This document shows, piece after piece, positions 20,488 through 33,260 of a stretch of 64,000 nt of DNA. Origin of the DNA: an uncultured Thermoleophilaceae bacterium (GTDB taxonomy: Bacteria; Actinomycetota; Thermoleophilia; Solirubrobacterales; Thermoleophilaceae); assembly GCA_963731645.1 (NCBI GenBank), contig CAVSWF010000001.1, forward strand, positions 11,001-75,000. Reading direction: 5' to 3'. The translations under genes were made by a program, and so were the position numbers. The notes beneath the pieces are model-generated. The model saw nothing but the letters and a program-made list of their open reading frames with translations. It searched no databases and was not told where the DNA came from. The first letter of the stretch is position 1. Each line of letters starts with the position of its first letter.

Positions 20488-21973
20488 ATGCCCGAGAGCC
20501 CGACTGCCACCGAACCGACCGGACAACGCGAAGTGGCTCGCCCTCGCCCTGCTCGCCACGACGCAGTTCGTCGTGGTCCTCGACGCGTCGATCGTGAACG
20601 TGGCCCTGCCGTCGATCGGCAAGGACCTCGAGTTCTCCCAGGACGACCTGTCCTGGGTGGTCAACGCCTACGTGCTCACCTTCGGCGGCTTCCTGCTGCT
20701 CGGCGGGCGCATGGCCGACCTCCTGGGCCGGCGGCGGATCTTCATCATCGGGCTGATCCTGTTCGGCGTCGCCTCGCTCGCCGGCGGCCTCGCGCAGAGC
20801 GACGCGTGGCTCGTGGCCGCGCGCGCGGTGCAGGGCCTCGGCGCCGCGCTCGATCTCGCCCGCCGCGCTCTCGATCGTGACCACCACGTTCACCGAGGGC
20901 GCCGAGCGCAACAAGGCGCTGGGCGTGTGGGGCGCGGTGGCGGGCGCCGGCGGCGCGGCGGGCGTGCTGCTGGGCGGCGTGCTCACCGAGTACCTCGGCT
21001 GGGAGTGGGTGCTGCTCGTGAACACGCCGATCACGCTCGTGGCCGCCTTCCTCGCGCCGCGGCTGCTCGACGAGAGCCGCGACGAGCGGGCCGAGACGTT
21101 CGACATCCCCGGCGCCGTGTCGGTCACCGCCGGCCTGGCGCTGCTCGTCTACGGCCTGGTGAACGCCGAGCAGGCCGGCTGGGGGTCCACCGAGACGATC
21201 GCGATCCTCGGCGCGGCCGTCGTGCTGCTGGTCGTGTTCGTGGTGATCGAGCTGCGCACCAAGCCTACCCGCTGATGCCGTTCTCGATCTTCCGGCTGCG
21301 CACCCTGCGCGGGGCGAACATGGTCGCGGCTGCTGGTGGCGATGGCGCTCTTCTCGATGTTCTTCTTCATCTCGCTCTACCTCCAGCAGGTGCTCGGGCT
21401 ACGAGCCGCTCGAGGCGGGGCTCGCCTACCTGCCGCTGAGCGCGCTGATCATCACCAGCGCCGGCGTCGCCTCCCAGCTCGTGACGAAGATCGGCTTCAA
21501 GCCGCCCCTGGTCGCGGGCGTGCTGTTCACCGCCGCCGGGCTCGCTGTGGTTCTCGCAGGTGTCCGCTCCGGGCGGCAGCTACGTGGGCGACGTGCTGTT
21601 TCCCTCGATGCTCGCCGCGATCGGCCTGGGCCTGGTCTTCGTGACGTTCACGATCGCCGGCGTGACCGGCACGAAGCCCGAGCGAGGCCGGCCTGGCGTC
21701 GGGGATGCTCAACACGAGCCAGCAGGTGGGCGGCGCCCTGGGCCTCGCGATCACCGCGACCGTGGCCAACTCGACCACGCGCGACGCTGTTCGCCGCCGG
21801 GGAGCGCAGCCAGGCGGTGGCCCTCACGCAGGGCTTCCAGGACGCGTTCCTCGTCTGCGCCGCGTTCGCCGCGGCTCGGAGCCGTGATCGCCGCGGTGTC
21901 GATCTCCTCGAAGGACAGCCGCGAGCACGCGGAGGCGGCGCGTCGCGGGGAGATCGAGCCGGTCGCCGTCTGA
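20488..21973 (+). CDS. MFS drug:H+ antiporter (EmrB/QacA, DHA2-like), with at least 6 frame changes
   Basis: ATG at 20488 follows GAGGAG. Fragments: WLALALLATTQFVVVLDASIVNVALPSI, LGGRMADLLGRRRIF, NKALGVWGAVAGAGGAAGVLLGG, MPFSIFR, GMLNTSQQVGGALGLAI (tracks 20222.., 20877.., 21336.., 21481.., 21560.., 21705..). Confidence 0.8.
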
Positions 21974-21989
21974 TCCAGGAGCGCTCCTC

Positions 21990-24448
21990 CGGCGACGCTC
22001 GCCGTCGGCGACCGTGAGGCGCACGGTGCCGTCGCGATCCGTGCGGGCCACCTCGGCGTGCGCGCGGCGCAGGGCGGTCAGCGTCGAGGGAGCGGGATGG
22101 CCGTAGGTGTTCTCCTCCCCCACCTCGATCGCGGCCACCTCGGGCCGGAGGCGGTCGAGCACGGCGGGCAGGCCGGGATCGGCGCTGCCGTGGTGGGAGA
22201 CCTTCATCGCCTCCACGTCGGGCAGCGGGAGCGAGACGAGCGACGGGCTCTCGGCGTCGCCCGGAGAGGAAGAGGTCGAAGCCGCCCGGCGCTGACCACG
22301 GCCGCCACCGCCCGGGGTTCGGATCCTCGGGCGGCGGGCCCGGGCGCCCGTGGCCGCGGGCCGAGGATGCGGATGACGCAGGCCGCCCACCCGCAGGGTC
22401 ATCGGCGCGATCCCGGGCACCCGGCGCGCGCCGCGGCGCTGCGCCGCCGCCACGACCGCCCGGAAGTCGCGGTCGGCGCGTGCCGTCGCCGCCGTCGACC
22501 AGGAGGTCGACCGGGATACGGTCGACCACCTCGGCGCAGCCCGCCGTGGTGGTCGCGGGAGGCGTGGGTCATCACGAGGGCCGTGAGGCGCCGAACGCCC
22601 GCCGCGGCGCAGGAGGCGGACCACCCGCCCCTCGGGCGGCCCGCCGTCGAACAGCACGGCCGTGCCGTCGGGGTGCTGGATGAGGGTGGCGTCGCCCTGA
22701 CCGACGTCGAGGAAGGAGACGGTCAGCTCGCCCGGCGGCCCGGGGGTCCTCAGGAGCAGGGTCGCGGGCACGATCAGGGCGAGCGCCGCCGCCAGCGACG
22801 CGGCGGCCCGCCGCGCGCGCGGCAGCCGCCGCCACCGCGCCGCCGTCGTCTCGCGCGTGGCCTCGCTGCGCCGGGCGAGCGCCCGCGCCGCCAGCGCCAG
22901 GGCGGCCAGGCCCGCGTAGGCCAGGCCGACCGACACCGCTGTCGGTAGCGGGGCCGCGACCTGCGCCCCGGGAAGCTCGGCGAACACGAGGGCCACCCGC
23001 GACAGCGCGCCCAGGAGCGGGTCGAGCGCGAGGCCGAGCAGGTCGCCGGCCGGCTGCGCGAGCGAGCCGGCGGCCTCGCCCACCGCCCCGAGCTGCGCCA
23101 GCGCGGCGCGCAGCATCCCCAGCCACATGATCGGCGCCACCAGCGGCAGGGCCACCACGTTGGCCGGCAGCGAGGCGAGCGACACCGAGCCGAAGTGGAA
23201 GGCCAGCAGCGGCGCCGTGGCCAGCGTGGCCGCCACCGTGACCGCCACTCCCTCGGCCGGCGCACGGGGAAGCCACGACGAGCGCGCCGGCGCAGCGGGG
23301 AGACCAGCACGAGGATGCCGGCCACCGCGGCGAAGGAGAGCTGCCAGCCCGGATCGCCCGCCGCGCGCGGGCTCACGGCGAGCGTCACGCACGCCGCCAG
23401 CAGCAGCGCGTACCAGCGCGAAGCCGGCCGCGACGCCGCGAGGGCGACCAGCGACGCGATCCCCATCACGCCCGCCCGCTGAAGCGACGGACCGGCGCCC
23501 GCCAGCGGCACGTAGGCGGCCACCAGGACGAACGGTGGCGCCGATGCGCGCGCCCGCGGGCAGTCCGGTCGCGGCCAGCAGGGGCAGGGCGAGCGCGGCG
23601 AGCAGCATCACGTTCTGGCCGCTCACGGCGAGCACGTGGCTCAGGCCCGAGGCGCGGAAGTCGTCGCGCACCGCGGGGGCGATCGCCTCGTCCTGGCCGA
23701 GCACCATGCCGCGCGCGAGGGCGGCGCGCGGGGGCGAGAGACCCGCGTCGATGCCCCGCTCGGCGCGCCGGCGCGCCGCGTCGAGGGCGCCCGGGATGCC
23801 GCCCCGCCGCCGGCCGGTGACCCGGGCCCGCGAAGCCACCACCTCCGCGGCGAGGCCGCGGCGCGTGAGGTGGGCGACGAGGTCGAACGCGCGGCCGGGC
23901 CCGTCGCCGCGCTCGGGCGCCGAGCCGCGGCCGCCCGGGCTCGCCCGGGCGCGGACCGACCCGGCGACGAAGACCTCCATGCCGGACCCGGCGTCCGGGG
24001 GCAGACGGACTCTCGCGCGGCAGCCGGACCATCAGGCGGGCCCCGCGCGCGCGGCCGGTGGTCATCCTCACCTCGGCCGTCGAGCCGAACGGCCCGGGCC
24101 GGGGTGGTCCGAGCAGGTGCGCCAGTCCCTCGACCCGCTGGCCCGACACGAGCCGCTTCGCCGGGCGGTCGATCGCGCGGAGGCGCACCAGGCCGACGGC
24201 GCCTCCGGCGACGAGCGCCACGGCCGCGATCGCCGCCGCGCGCGCGACGCGGCGAGCGACCCGCCGGGCCCGCGGGCGGACAGGAGCGCCCCGCCGCCGG
24301 CCAGGGCGGCCGCGGCGACCAGGGCCGGCTCCGGTCCCTGGGGCGCCAGCGCGAGGCCGATGGCGCCCGCGCCGAGCGCGAGGTGGCGGGGCCGGTCGAG
24401 CAGCAGGGCGAGCCGGCGCCGCCACGCTTCGCGACGCGGCGAGCTCAC
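21990..24448 (-). CDS. comEC: DNA internalisation channel ComEC/Rec2 with a C-terminal metallo-beta-lactamase domain, with at least 5 frame changes
   Basis: GTG at 24446-24448 overlaps the comEA stop. Fragments: SGLSHVLAVSGQNVMLL, the membrane core in tracks 22774..23523 and 21824..23980, the MBL part LTVSFLDVGQGDATLIQ, and MKVSHHGS. The 3' end is approximate. Confidence 0.8.
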
Positions 24449-25045
24449 GGGACCACCGCCTCCTTCAGCGCGGCGAAGCGCTTCTCGCCGATCCCCTCGA
24501 CCTCCTGGAGCTGGCCGACGGAGCGAAATCCGCCGATCTCGTCGCGGAACTCGATGATCCGCTCGGCGAGGGTCGGTCCGATGCCGTCGAGCTCGTCGAG
24601 CTGCTCGGGGGTGGCCGTGGCGAGGCTCACCGGCGCCTCCGGCGTGCCGGGCTGTGCGGGACCCACGGATCCGGCAGCCGCGGGCGCCGGCTGACCGGCA
24701 CGGGGGACGATCACCTGCTGCCCGTCGATGACGCGCTGGGCGAGGTTGACCGCGGTCAGCTGCGCGTGGGCCGTCGGCCCGCCCGCCCGGTGTACGGCGA
24801 GAGCCACCCGCGCGCCCTTGGGAACCCTGAGGAGCCCGGGCCGCCGGACCTCGCCCGCCACGTGGACGTAGACGAGCGGCGCCCGCCCGCCGCGCCCGGC
24901 GCGTGGGCCCGCCGCCCCGCCCGCGGAGATCCGCACCGGCTCCCGGGACCCCTCGCCGGAGCCGAGTGCCCGGACGCCGAGAAAGGCCAGCGACGGCGAC
25001 CGCCACGAACCCCGCCACCATCCGCCACTTGGCGCTTTCCTCCAC
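24445..25045 (-). CDS. comEA: Competence protein ComEA (TM anchor, SLBB and helix-hairpin-helix domains), with one frame change near 24970
   Basis: N-terminal TM segment MEESAKWRMVAGFVAVAVAGL (track 24068..25045). Then LVYVHVAGEVRRPGLLRVP and ATPEQLDELDGIGPTLAERII...LQEVEGIGEKRF (track 24445..25143). Confidence 0.8.
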
Positions 25046-25133
25046 GGCGCCGACGCTAGGTCGGGGCGGGTTACGGGACTGCGTTCGGGGTGACGATTCG
25101 CCGCCCGGAGGGCGACAAGGCCGTCAGCGACGG

Positions 25134-26359
25134 GGCACACCATCCTCGATCACGCGCTGGGCAAGCGCCCCGAAGGCGGTGATCGCGGCATGGAGGTCGG
25201 CGTCGGGCGTGTCCTCCTCCGGCGCGTGGCTGACCCCGTCCTTCGAGGGGGCGAAGATCATCGCGGTGGGAGCCACGCGCGCGATCTCGGAGGCGTCGTG
25301 GAGGGCGCCGCTCGGGAACAGCGCGGGAAGACCCTCCGGCGGCGAGGCAGGCCTCGCCCGCGGCCTCGACCAGGCCCGGGTGAAACGGCACCGGCTCGAG
25401 GGCGAGGATCCGCTCGAAGCTCACGCTGCAACCCTCCTGGTCCGCCGCGTCCTCGGCCAGCCGGCGGGCCTCGGCCAGCATCTCGGCCAGGATCCGGGCG
25501 TCGAGGTGGCGCTGGTCGACCAGCAGCTCGGCCCGGCCCGGCACCACCGTGACGACGCCCGGCGCGAGGTCGATGCGCCCCGCGGTGCTCACGCCGCCGG
25601 GGCGCCTGCCGATCGCCTGGAGCCCCACGACCGTGCGCGCCGCCGCCACGCCGGCGTCACGGCGGCGGTCCATCGGCGTCGAGCCGGCGTGGGACGAGCG
25701 CCCGGCGAAGACGACCCGGTGGCGCTCGACCCCCATGGTCCCCGCCACCGGCGCGCACGCCGTGTTCTCGGACTCCAGCACGGGCCCCTGCTCGATGTGA
25801 AGCTCGAGGTAGGCGTGCAGGCGCTCGCGCATCCCCTCCCCGGCGCCGCCCATCTCCTCGAGCCGCACGCCGTGGCCGGCCAGCGCGTCCGGAAGGCGCC
25901 ACCCCGTCGGCGTCGGTCAGGCCCCGCACCGCCTCGATGTCGAGCGTGCCCGCGAAGGCCGAGCTGCCGAGCAGGCTGCGGCCGAAGCGCGCGCCCTCCT
26001 CGTCGGCCCAGTCCACCAGCGCCACGGTCCGCTCGGGCGTCCCCCGCCCGGCCGACCTCGCGCAGCACCCCGACCCCCGCCATCACCCCCAGCGCTCCGT
26101 CGAGCCAGCCGCCCTGGGGCACCGAGTCGAGGTGGGAGCCGACCATCACGACCTCGTCCGGGCGCGCGCCGGGAAGCTCGGCGAAGCGGTTGCCCGCCGA
26201 GTCGGTGCGGACCTCGACCCCCAGCTCGCCCAGGAGCTCGTCGAGGAAGTCGCGCGCTCGTGCCCACCCGTCGGTCCAGCAGAGCCGCCGGGCCCCCGCG
26301 GGGCCCCCGGTGCGCCGGTCGAGCTCGCGCAGATCGGCGATGACGCGGCTCGCGTCCAC
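25134..26359 (-). CDS. M20-family N-carbamoyl amidohydrolase (allantoate amidohydrolase / carbamoylase type), with at least 3 frame changes
   Basis: Tracks 25589..26725, 25657..26025 and 25071..25868 carry VMVGSHLDSVPQGGWLDGALG, LVDWADEEGARFG, YLELHIEQGPVLE, GRSSHAGSTPM. My translation of the end is ...SGALHDASEIA...SKDGVSHAPEE...VIEDGVPRR, with a stop at 25134. Confidence 0.8.
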
Positions 26360-26364
26360 CGCGC

Positions 26365-27226
26365 TCAGGAGGTCTCGCGCCGCAGCGGCTGGGCGAGGCA
26401 GTGCGGGCCTCCGCCGCCCATGGTGAACGGCCAGAGGTCCGGGTCGTAGACGGTCAGCCCGAGGGCCCGGAGGCGCTCGTTGAGGGATCGGGCCGCGGCC
26501 GTGGAGATGACCCGGTCGCCGCCCAGGGCCATCACGTTCGCGCCGAGGCCCATGGCGTCGCCGTAGGTCACGGGAAGCAGCTCGACGTCCATGGCCCGCA
26601 GCCACTCCGCCAGGCCGTCCGGGGCGGCCTCCTCGCAGATCGCCGCGAGTCCCGGCGCGACCATGCAGACGATCACGTCGATGTGCACGAAATGCGGGTC
26701 GAAGGGCTGCAGGCGCACCTGCCACCCCTGCTCCTCGAGCCAGCCGCGCACCTGCTCGGCGGCCGGGCGCTGGGTTCGCTCCTCGCAGTGCCCGATCAGC
26801 GCGCAGCGGGCCCGGGGAAGCACCAGGTCACCGCCCTCGAACGCGGCCGCCGTGACCATGTGGGCCACCTCGATCCCGGCCGAGGCGTAGAACGAGAGCA
26901 CCGGCGCGTACTCGCCACGGCGCCACCACTGATGCATCTGGGTGACGATCGGGCCGTCGCCGGCCCACACGCTCGAGTCGCGCGAGAAGACCTGGTAGCG
27001 CAGCGCCGGGTCGGGCGGCAGGCGGTGGACCCGGACGCCCGCGTCCTCGTAGGCGGACACCATCTCCTCGTGGGCGCCGAACGGCGTCCGCGGAGGTGAG
27101 CTTGCGCCCGCTGGCGAGGGCCGCCTTGGAGATCGCGCTGGTGGGCAGCCACTCGAAGTGCTCGGGAGGTCCGAGCAGGACCTCGAGGAGGGGCGAGGTC
27201 TCGTCCTCGATCCCGACGAGGCTCAC
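26365..27226 (-). CDS. Amidinotransferase / DDAH / arginine-deiminase-superfamily enzyme (guanidino-group modifying), with one frame change near 27080
   Basis: GTG at 27226 overlaps the upstream stop (GTGA). N-terminus VSLVGIEDETSPLLEVLLGPPEHF, then track 26365..27063 with FDPHFVHIDV and the C-terminal catalytic Cys context TMGGGGPHCLAQPL. Confidence 0.75.
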
Positions 27227-28704
27227 TCCGCCACCACGCGGACCGTGCGCAGCCGGCGGTCGCTGGCGCCGCGCAGGCTGCCGCCCAGCTCGAGCGTGGC
27301 CTGGATGTAGGCGAGCGTCTCGGCGGTGAGCCGCTCGCCGGGAAGCACGTTGGGGATCCCGGGCGGGTAGGCGGCGAGCGACTCGGTGGCGATCCGGCCC
27401 GCGGCGTCGCCGACGTCCACGACCTCCTGCGGCCCGAGGAACGCCTCGCCGGGGCGACATCGCCAGCTCTCCCCAGGGGGGCGGCGGCGCGAACTCCTCG
27501 CGCGTGCGGTCCGCCGCGGTCGCCCAGCGAGCCCGACCGCGTCGCGCAGGGCGGCCACCAGCCGGCGGCCCTGGGGCGCGGCCGTCCTCGGCCATGCCGA
27601 AGACCCCGACGATCACGTTCTCGCCGGCCAGCTCCAGGATCACCTCGTCGCGCTCGCGCAGCGCCGACGGCCACCTCGTAGCCGCTCGCGCCGGTGCCGC
27701 GAACGTCGATGGCCAGCCGCAGCGGGTCGTAGTCGTGCACGCCCGGGCGCGCCGACGATCCGCTCGTCCAGCACGTCGAGCCCCTCGATCCCGCGCACCG
27801 CCGTCGCGGACCTCGGCCATCGCGGCGATCGTCTCGCCGAGCAGCTCGTGGCCCCGCGTGGCGGCGAGCCGCCGGGCGGCGTCGAGCGATCCGAACAGCA
27901 GCGAGTTCGGGCTGGTCGACTCCACGAGGGTCACCGCGCGGTCGACCACGTCCTCGATCGATCCGCCCCCCGGCGTCGCGGCCGAGGTGGATCATGGCCG
28001 ACTGGGTCAGCGATCCCACGATCTTGTGCGTGCTCGACACCACGAGGTCGGCCCCGACCGAGAGCGCGTGGTCGGGCAGATCCTCGTGGAAGGCCATGTG
28101 CGCGCCCCACGACTCGTCCACCACGAGCGGGACCCCGTGGGAGTGGGCCACCTCGGCCAGCCCCGCCACGTCGGCCACCGCGCCGAAGTAGGTGGGCGAG
28201 ACGGCGGTGGCTCCCACCGCGTCGGGCGTCTCCGTGAGCGCTCGGTCGAGCGCCCGGGGCGTCAGGCAGTGGGCGATCCCCAGCTCGGGGTCGAGCTCCG
28301 GGGCCACGAAGCTCGGGGTCAGCCCGGCGAGGATGCAGCCGTCGACGGTGCTCGAGTGCGCGTTGCGCTGGACCACCACGCGCTCCCCGGCGTGGGCGAG
28401 CGTGAGCAGCGCCACGTGGTTGCCCTGCGACGCGCCGTTGATGAGGAACCAGCTGCGTGCGGCCCCCCACGCCTCGGCCGCGAGGGCCTGCGCCTGCTGG
28501 AACGGCGTGGGCTCGGGTCCCGTGTCGATGCCCCAGGTGAGCGCCGGGATGTCGAGCGCGAGGGCGGCCTCGCCGATGGCCTCGCGCAGCTCGGGGTCGG
28601 CGGCCGGCCCGCCCTTGTGACCGGGCACGTGCAGGCGCTCGGGATCGCGGCTGGCGTACTCGCGCAGGGCCTCGAGGTAGGGAGCTGACGCGCTGATCGG
28701 CCAT
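27223..28704 (-). CDS. PLP-dependent Orn/Lys/Arg decarboxylase (major-domain family, SpeA/YaaO-like), with at least 5 frame changes
   Basis: ATG at 28704 (MADQRVSS...), then HVPGHKGG, INGASQGNHVALL, VVDESWGAH, and the PLP-lysine motif VVSSTHKIVGSLTQ (track 26796..28628). Later parts lie in tracks 26828..27949 and 27223..27558 (YPPGIPNVLPGE). Confidence 0.8.
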
Positions 28705-28725
28705 CGGCCGAGTCTAAGTGCGCAG

Positions 28726-29206
28726 CTACGCGTCGCCGGGATCGGCGCCCAGCGCCAGCTCGACCGCCTCCTCGGGTGACCCGGCCCTCACGACGCCCTC
28801 GTCCAGAGCGCCTCGCCGCGCGAGAGCTCCCACGTGCCGAGGCCCACCACCGGCGTGCCCGCCCGCAGCGCCAGGGCGATCTCCGACAGCGTGCCGTAGG
28901 AGCCGGCCACGGCGATCACCGCGTCGGCGCTGCGGACCACGACCGCGTTGCGCGCCTCGCCCAGGCCGGTGGCCACCGCGACGTCGACCCAGGCGTTGGC
29001 GGCCGAGCGGTCGCTGCCGGGCAGGATTCCGACCGTGGTGCCGCCGGCCTCCTTCGCGCCCCGGCAGGCCGCCTCCATCGCTCCCCCGAGGCCGCCGCAG
29101 ACCACCACCGCGCCACGCTCGGCGAGGCCCCGGCCCACGGCCTCCGCGGCCCGCAGCTCGGCGGGCGCCCCCTCGGACGGCCCGACCACCGCGACGTAGG
29201 GGGCGC

Positions 29207-29210
<4 letters not shown>
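28726..29210 (-). CDS. TIGR00725 / LOG-superfamily Rossmann protein, with one frame change near 28800
   Basis: GTG at 29208-29210 overlaps the leuS stop (GTGA). VSAPYVAVVGPSE...VVCGGLGGAMEAACRGAKEAGGTTVGILPG. Shifted C-terminus DEGVVRAGSPEEAVELAL ends at TAG 28726. Confidence 0.7.
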
Positions 29211-31623
<2,413 letters not shown>

Positions 31624-31650
31624 CGCGGCCTGGCAGGTTACCTTCGGTGC

Positions 31651-32592
31651 GTGAGCGCTCCCGAGGCCGAGGCCTTCGCGGTCCACCGGGCCGTCCTGGA
31701 CACGGCCGAGATCGCCTACCTGCGCGAGGGCGCGGGCGGCTATCCGCTCCTGCTGCTCCACGGCTGGCCCGAGACCAAGCGGATCTGGTGGCGCAACGTG
31801 GACGCCCTCGCGCGGGCGGGCTTCGAGGTGATCGTCCCCGACCTGCGCGGCTTCGGGGAGTCCGGCCTGGCGAGCGACGACCGCTACGACGTGGCCGCCC
31901 ACGCGCGCGACATGGAGGCGCTCGTGCGCGGCGAGCTCGGCCACCGCGCCTGCGTCGTGTGCGCCGGGGACCTCGGAGGCCTCGTGGCGCAGGACCTCTC
32001 GCTGCGCTTCGAGGGGCTGGTGACCCGCATGGTCCTGTTCAACACGATCCCTCCGTTCCTCGGCGAGGAGTACCGGGAGGCGGGCATCGAGCCCGGGCCG
32101 CCGCGATCCGTGCGCCAGGCGGCCGACTACTTCCTCCGCCAGAGCCGCGACGCCGACGCACTGGCCGCCGAGCTCGACACGCCCGGCAAGCGCAGGCGGT
32201 ATGTGGCGCAGATGTACGGCCCCCGCTTCTGGGCGGCCCCGGGCGCGTTCGAGGCCGCCGACGTGGACTTCATGACCGAGCCCTTCGGGGATCCCGAGCG
32301 CTTCCGGGCCTCCATCGCCAACTACGAGTACGCGGGCGGCCCGCGAGAGGCGCCGGAGGCGCCGCGGGTGCTCGAGCGCAACCCCACCACGACGCTCGTC
32401 CTGTACGGCCCGGAGGACCACGTGATCGGCCCTGCGTTCCCCCGGCAGATGGAGGTGGCCTTCCCGGAGATCGTCGGTCCGTTCGAGGTCGCGGGCGCCG
32501 GGCACTTCCTCATGTGGGAGCGTCCGCGGGTGCTCAACCGGGCCGTGGAGGCTTTCTGCCTGGACCTTCTGAGAGAATCGCGGTCGGGATGA
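31651..32592 (+). CDS. Alpha/beta hydrolase (epoxide hydrolase / haloalkane dehalogenase-like), intact
   Basis: LLLLHGWPETKRIWW, VIVPDLRGFGES, VCAGDLGG, AGHFLMWERP. GTG at 31651 is the likely start; the track start at 31603 overlaps the leuS start. Confidence 0.8.
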   Translation: MSAPEAEAFAVHRAVLDTAEIAYLREGAGGYPLLLLHGWPETKRIWWRNVDALARAGFEVIVPDLRGFGESGLASDDRYDVAAHARDMEALVRGELGHRACVVCAGDLGGLVAQDLSLRFEGLVTRMVLFNTIPPFLGEEYREAGIEPGPPRSVRQAADYFLRQSRDADALAAELDTPGKRRRYVAQMYGPRFWAAPGAFEAADVDFMTEPFGDPERFRASIANYEYAGGPREAPEAPRVLERNPTTTLVLYGPEDHVIGPAFPRQMEVAFPEIVGPFEVAGAGHFLMWERPRVLNRAVEAFCLDLLRESRSG

Positions 32593-33257
32593 GTGCTCGC
32601 CCCCCCACGCGTGCCTCCGAACTGGCCGCTCGCCAGGTCGAGCAGATCGTCGCGGCGGCACAGGAGGCCGCCGAGGAGATCCGCAACGTCGCCCAGCGCG
32701 AGCTGGAGGATCTGCGCCGCCGCGCGGAGAAGGAGGGGGAGCGAGTCAAGGCGGACGCGCGCCGCGACGTCGAGGCCGAGATGGGCGCCGCGCGCAAGGA
32801 GGCGATCATGCTCACCCAGGAGGCGCGGCGCGACGCCGAGCAGATCCTGGCCGACGCCAACGCCGAGTCCACCCGGCTGCGCGAGCAGACCGAGCGCGCG
32901 GTCCAGGGCAGGGTCGCCGCCGCCGAGAAGGCGGCCGCCGACGTGCTCGAGGAGGCGCGCATGCTCTCCGGCGGGCTCACCCAGCTGGGGCGCTCGCTGG
33001 AGTCGCAGGCCGACCGCATCCTGCGCGACGTGACCGCAGCGCACCGGCGCATGCAGGCCGACCTGCGCATCGGAGGGGGCAACTCCGCGTCCCTGGCGTC
33101 ATCTTCGCCATCCGGCGAGGAGGACCACGAGCGTCCCGCTCGCACGCGGACCCCGCGCTCCCGGGATGCGGAGCCGGCCCCGGCGGTCGAGTCGGGCGGA
33201 CGGCGGCGGCGCGGCAACCCCTTCGACGACATCGACGTGCCGGACTGGGAGCAGTAG
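32589..33257 (+). CDS. Coiled-coil protein with a disordered basic tail and acidic C-terminal peptide, function unknown
   Basis: ATG at 32589 overlaps the hydrolase stop (ATGA). Long heptad-like E/R/A-rich helix (AQEAAEEIRNVAQRELEDLRRRAEKEGERVKADARRDVEAEM...). Ends GNPFDDIDVPDWEQ. Confidence 0.6.
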   Translation: MSARPPTRASELAARQVEQIVAAAQEAAEEIRNVAQRELEDLRRRAEKEGERVKADARRDVEAEMGAARKEAIMLTQEARRDAEQILADANAESTRLREQTERAVQGRVAAAEKAAADVLEEARMLSGGLTQLGRSLESQADRILRDVTAAHRRMQADLRIGGGNSASLASSSPSGEEDHERPARTRTPRSRDAEPAPAVESGGRRRRGNPFDDIDVPDWEQ

Positions 33258-33260
33258 GGC

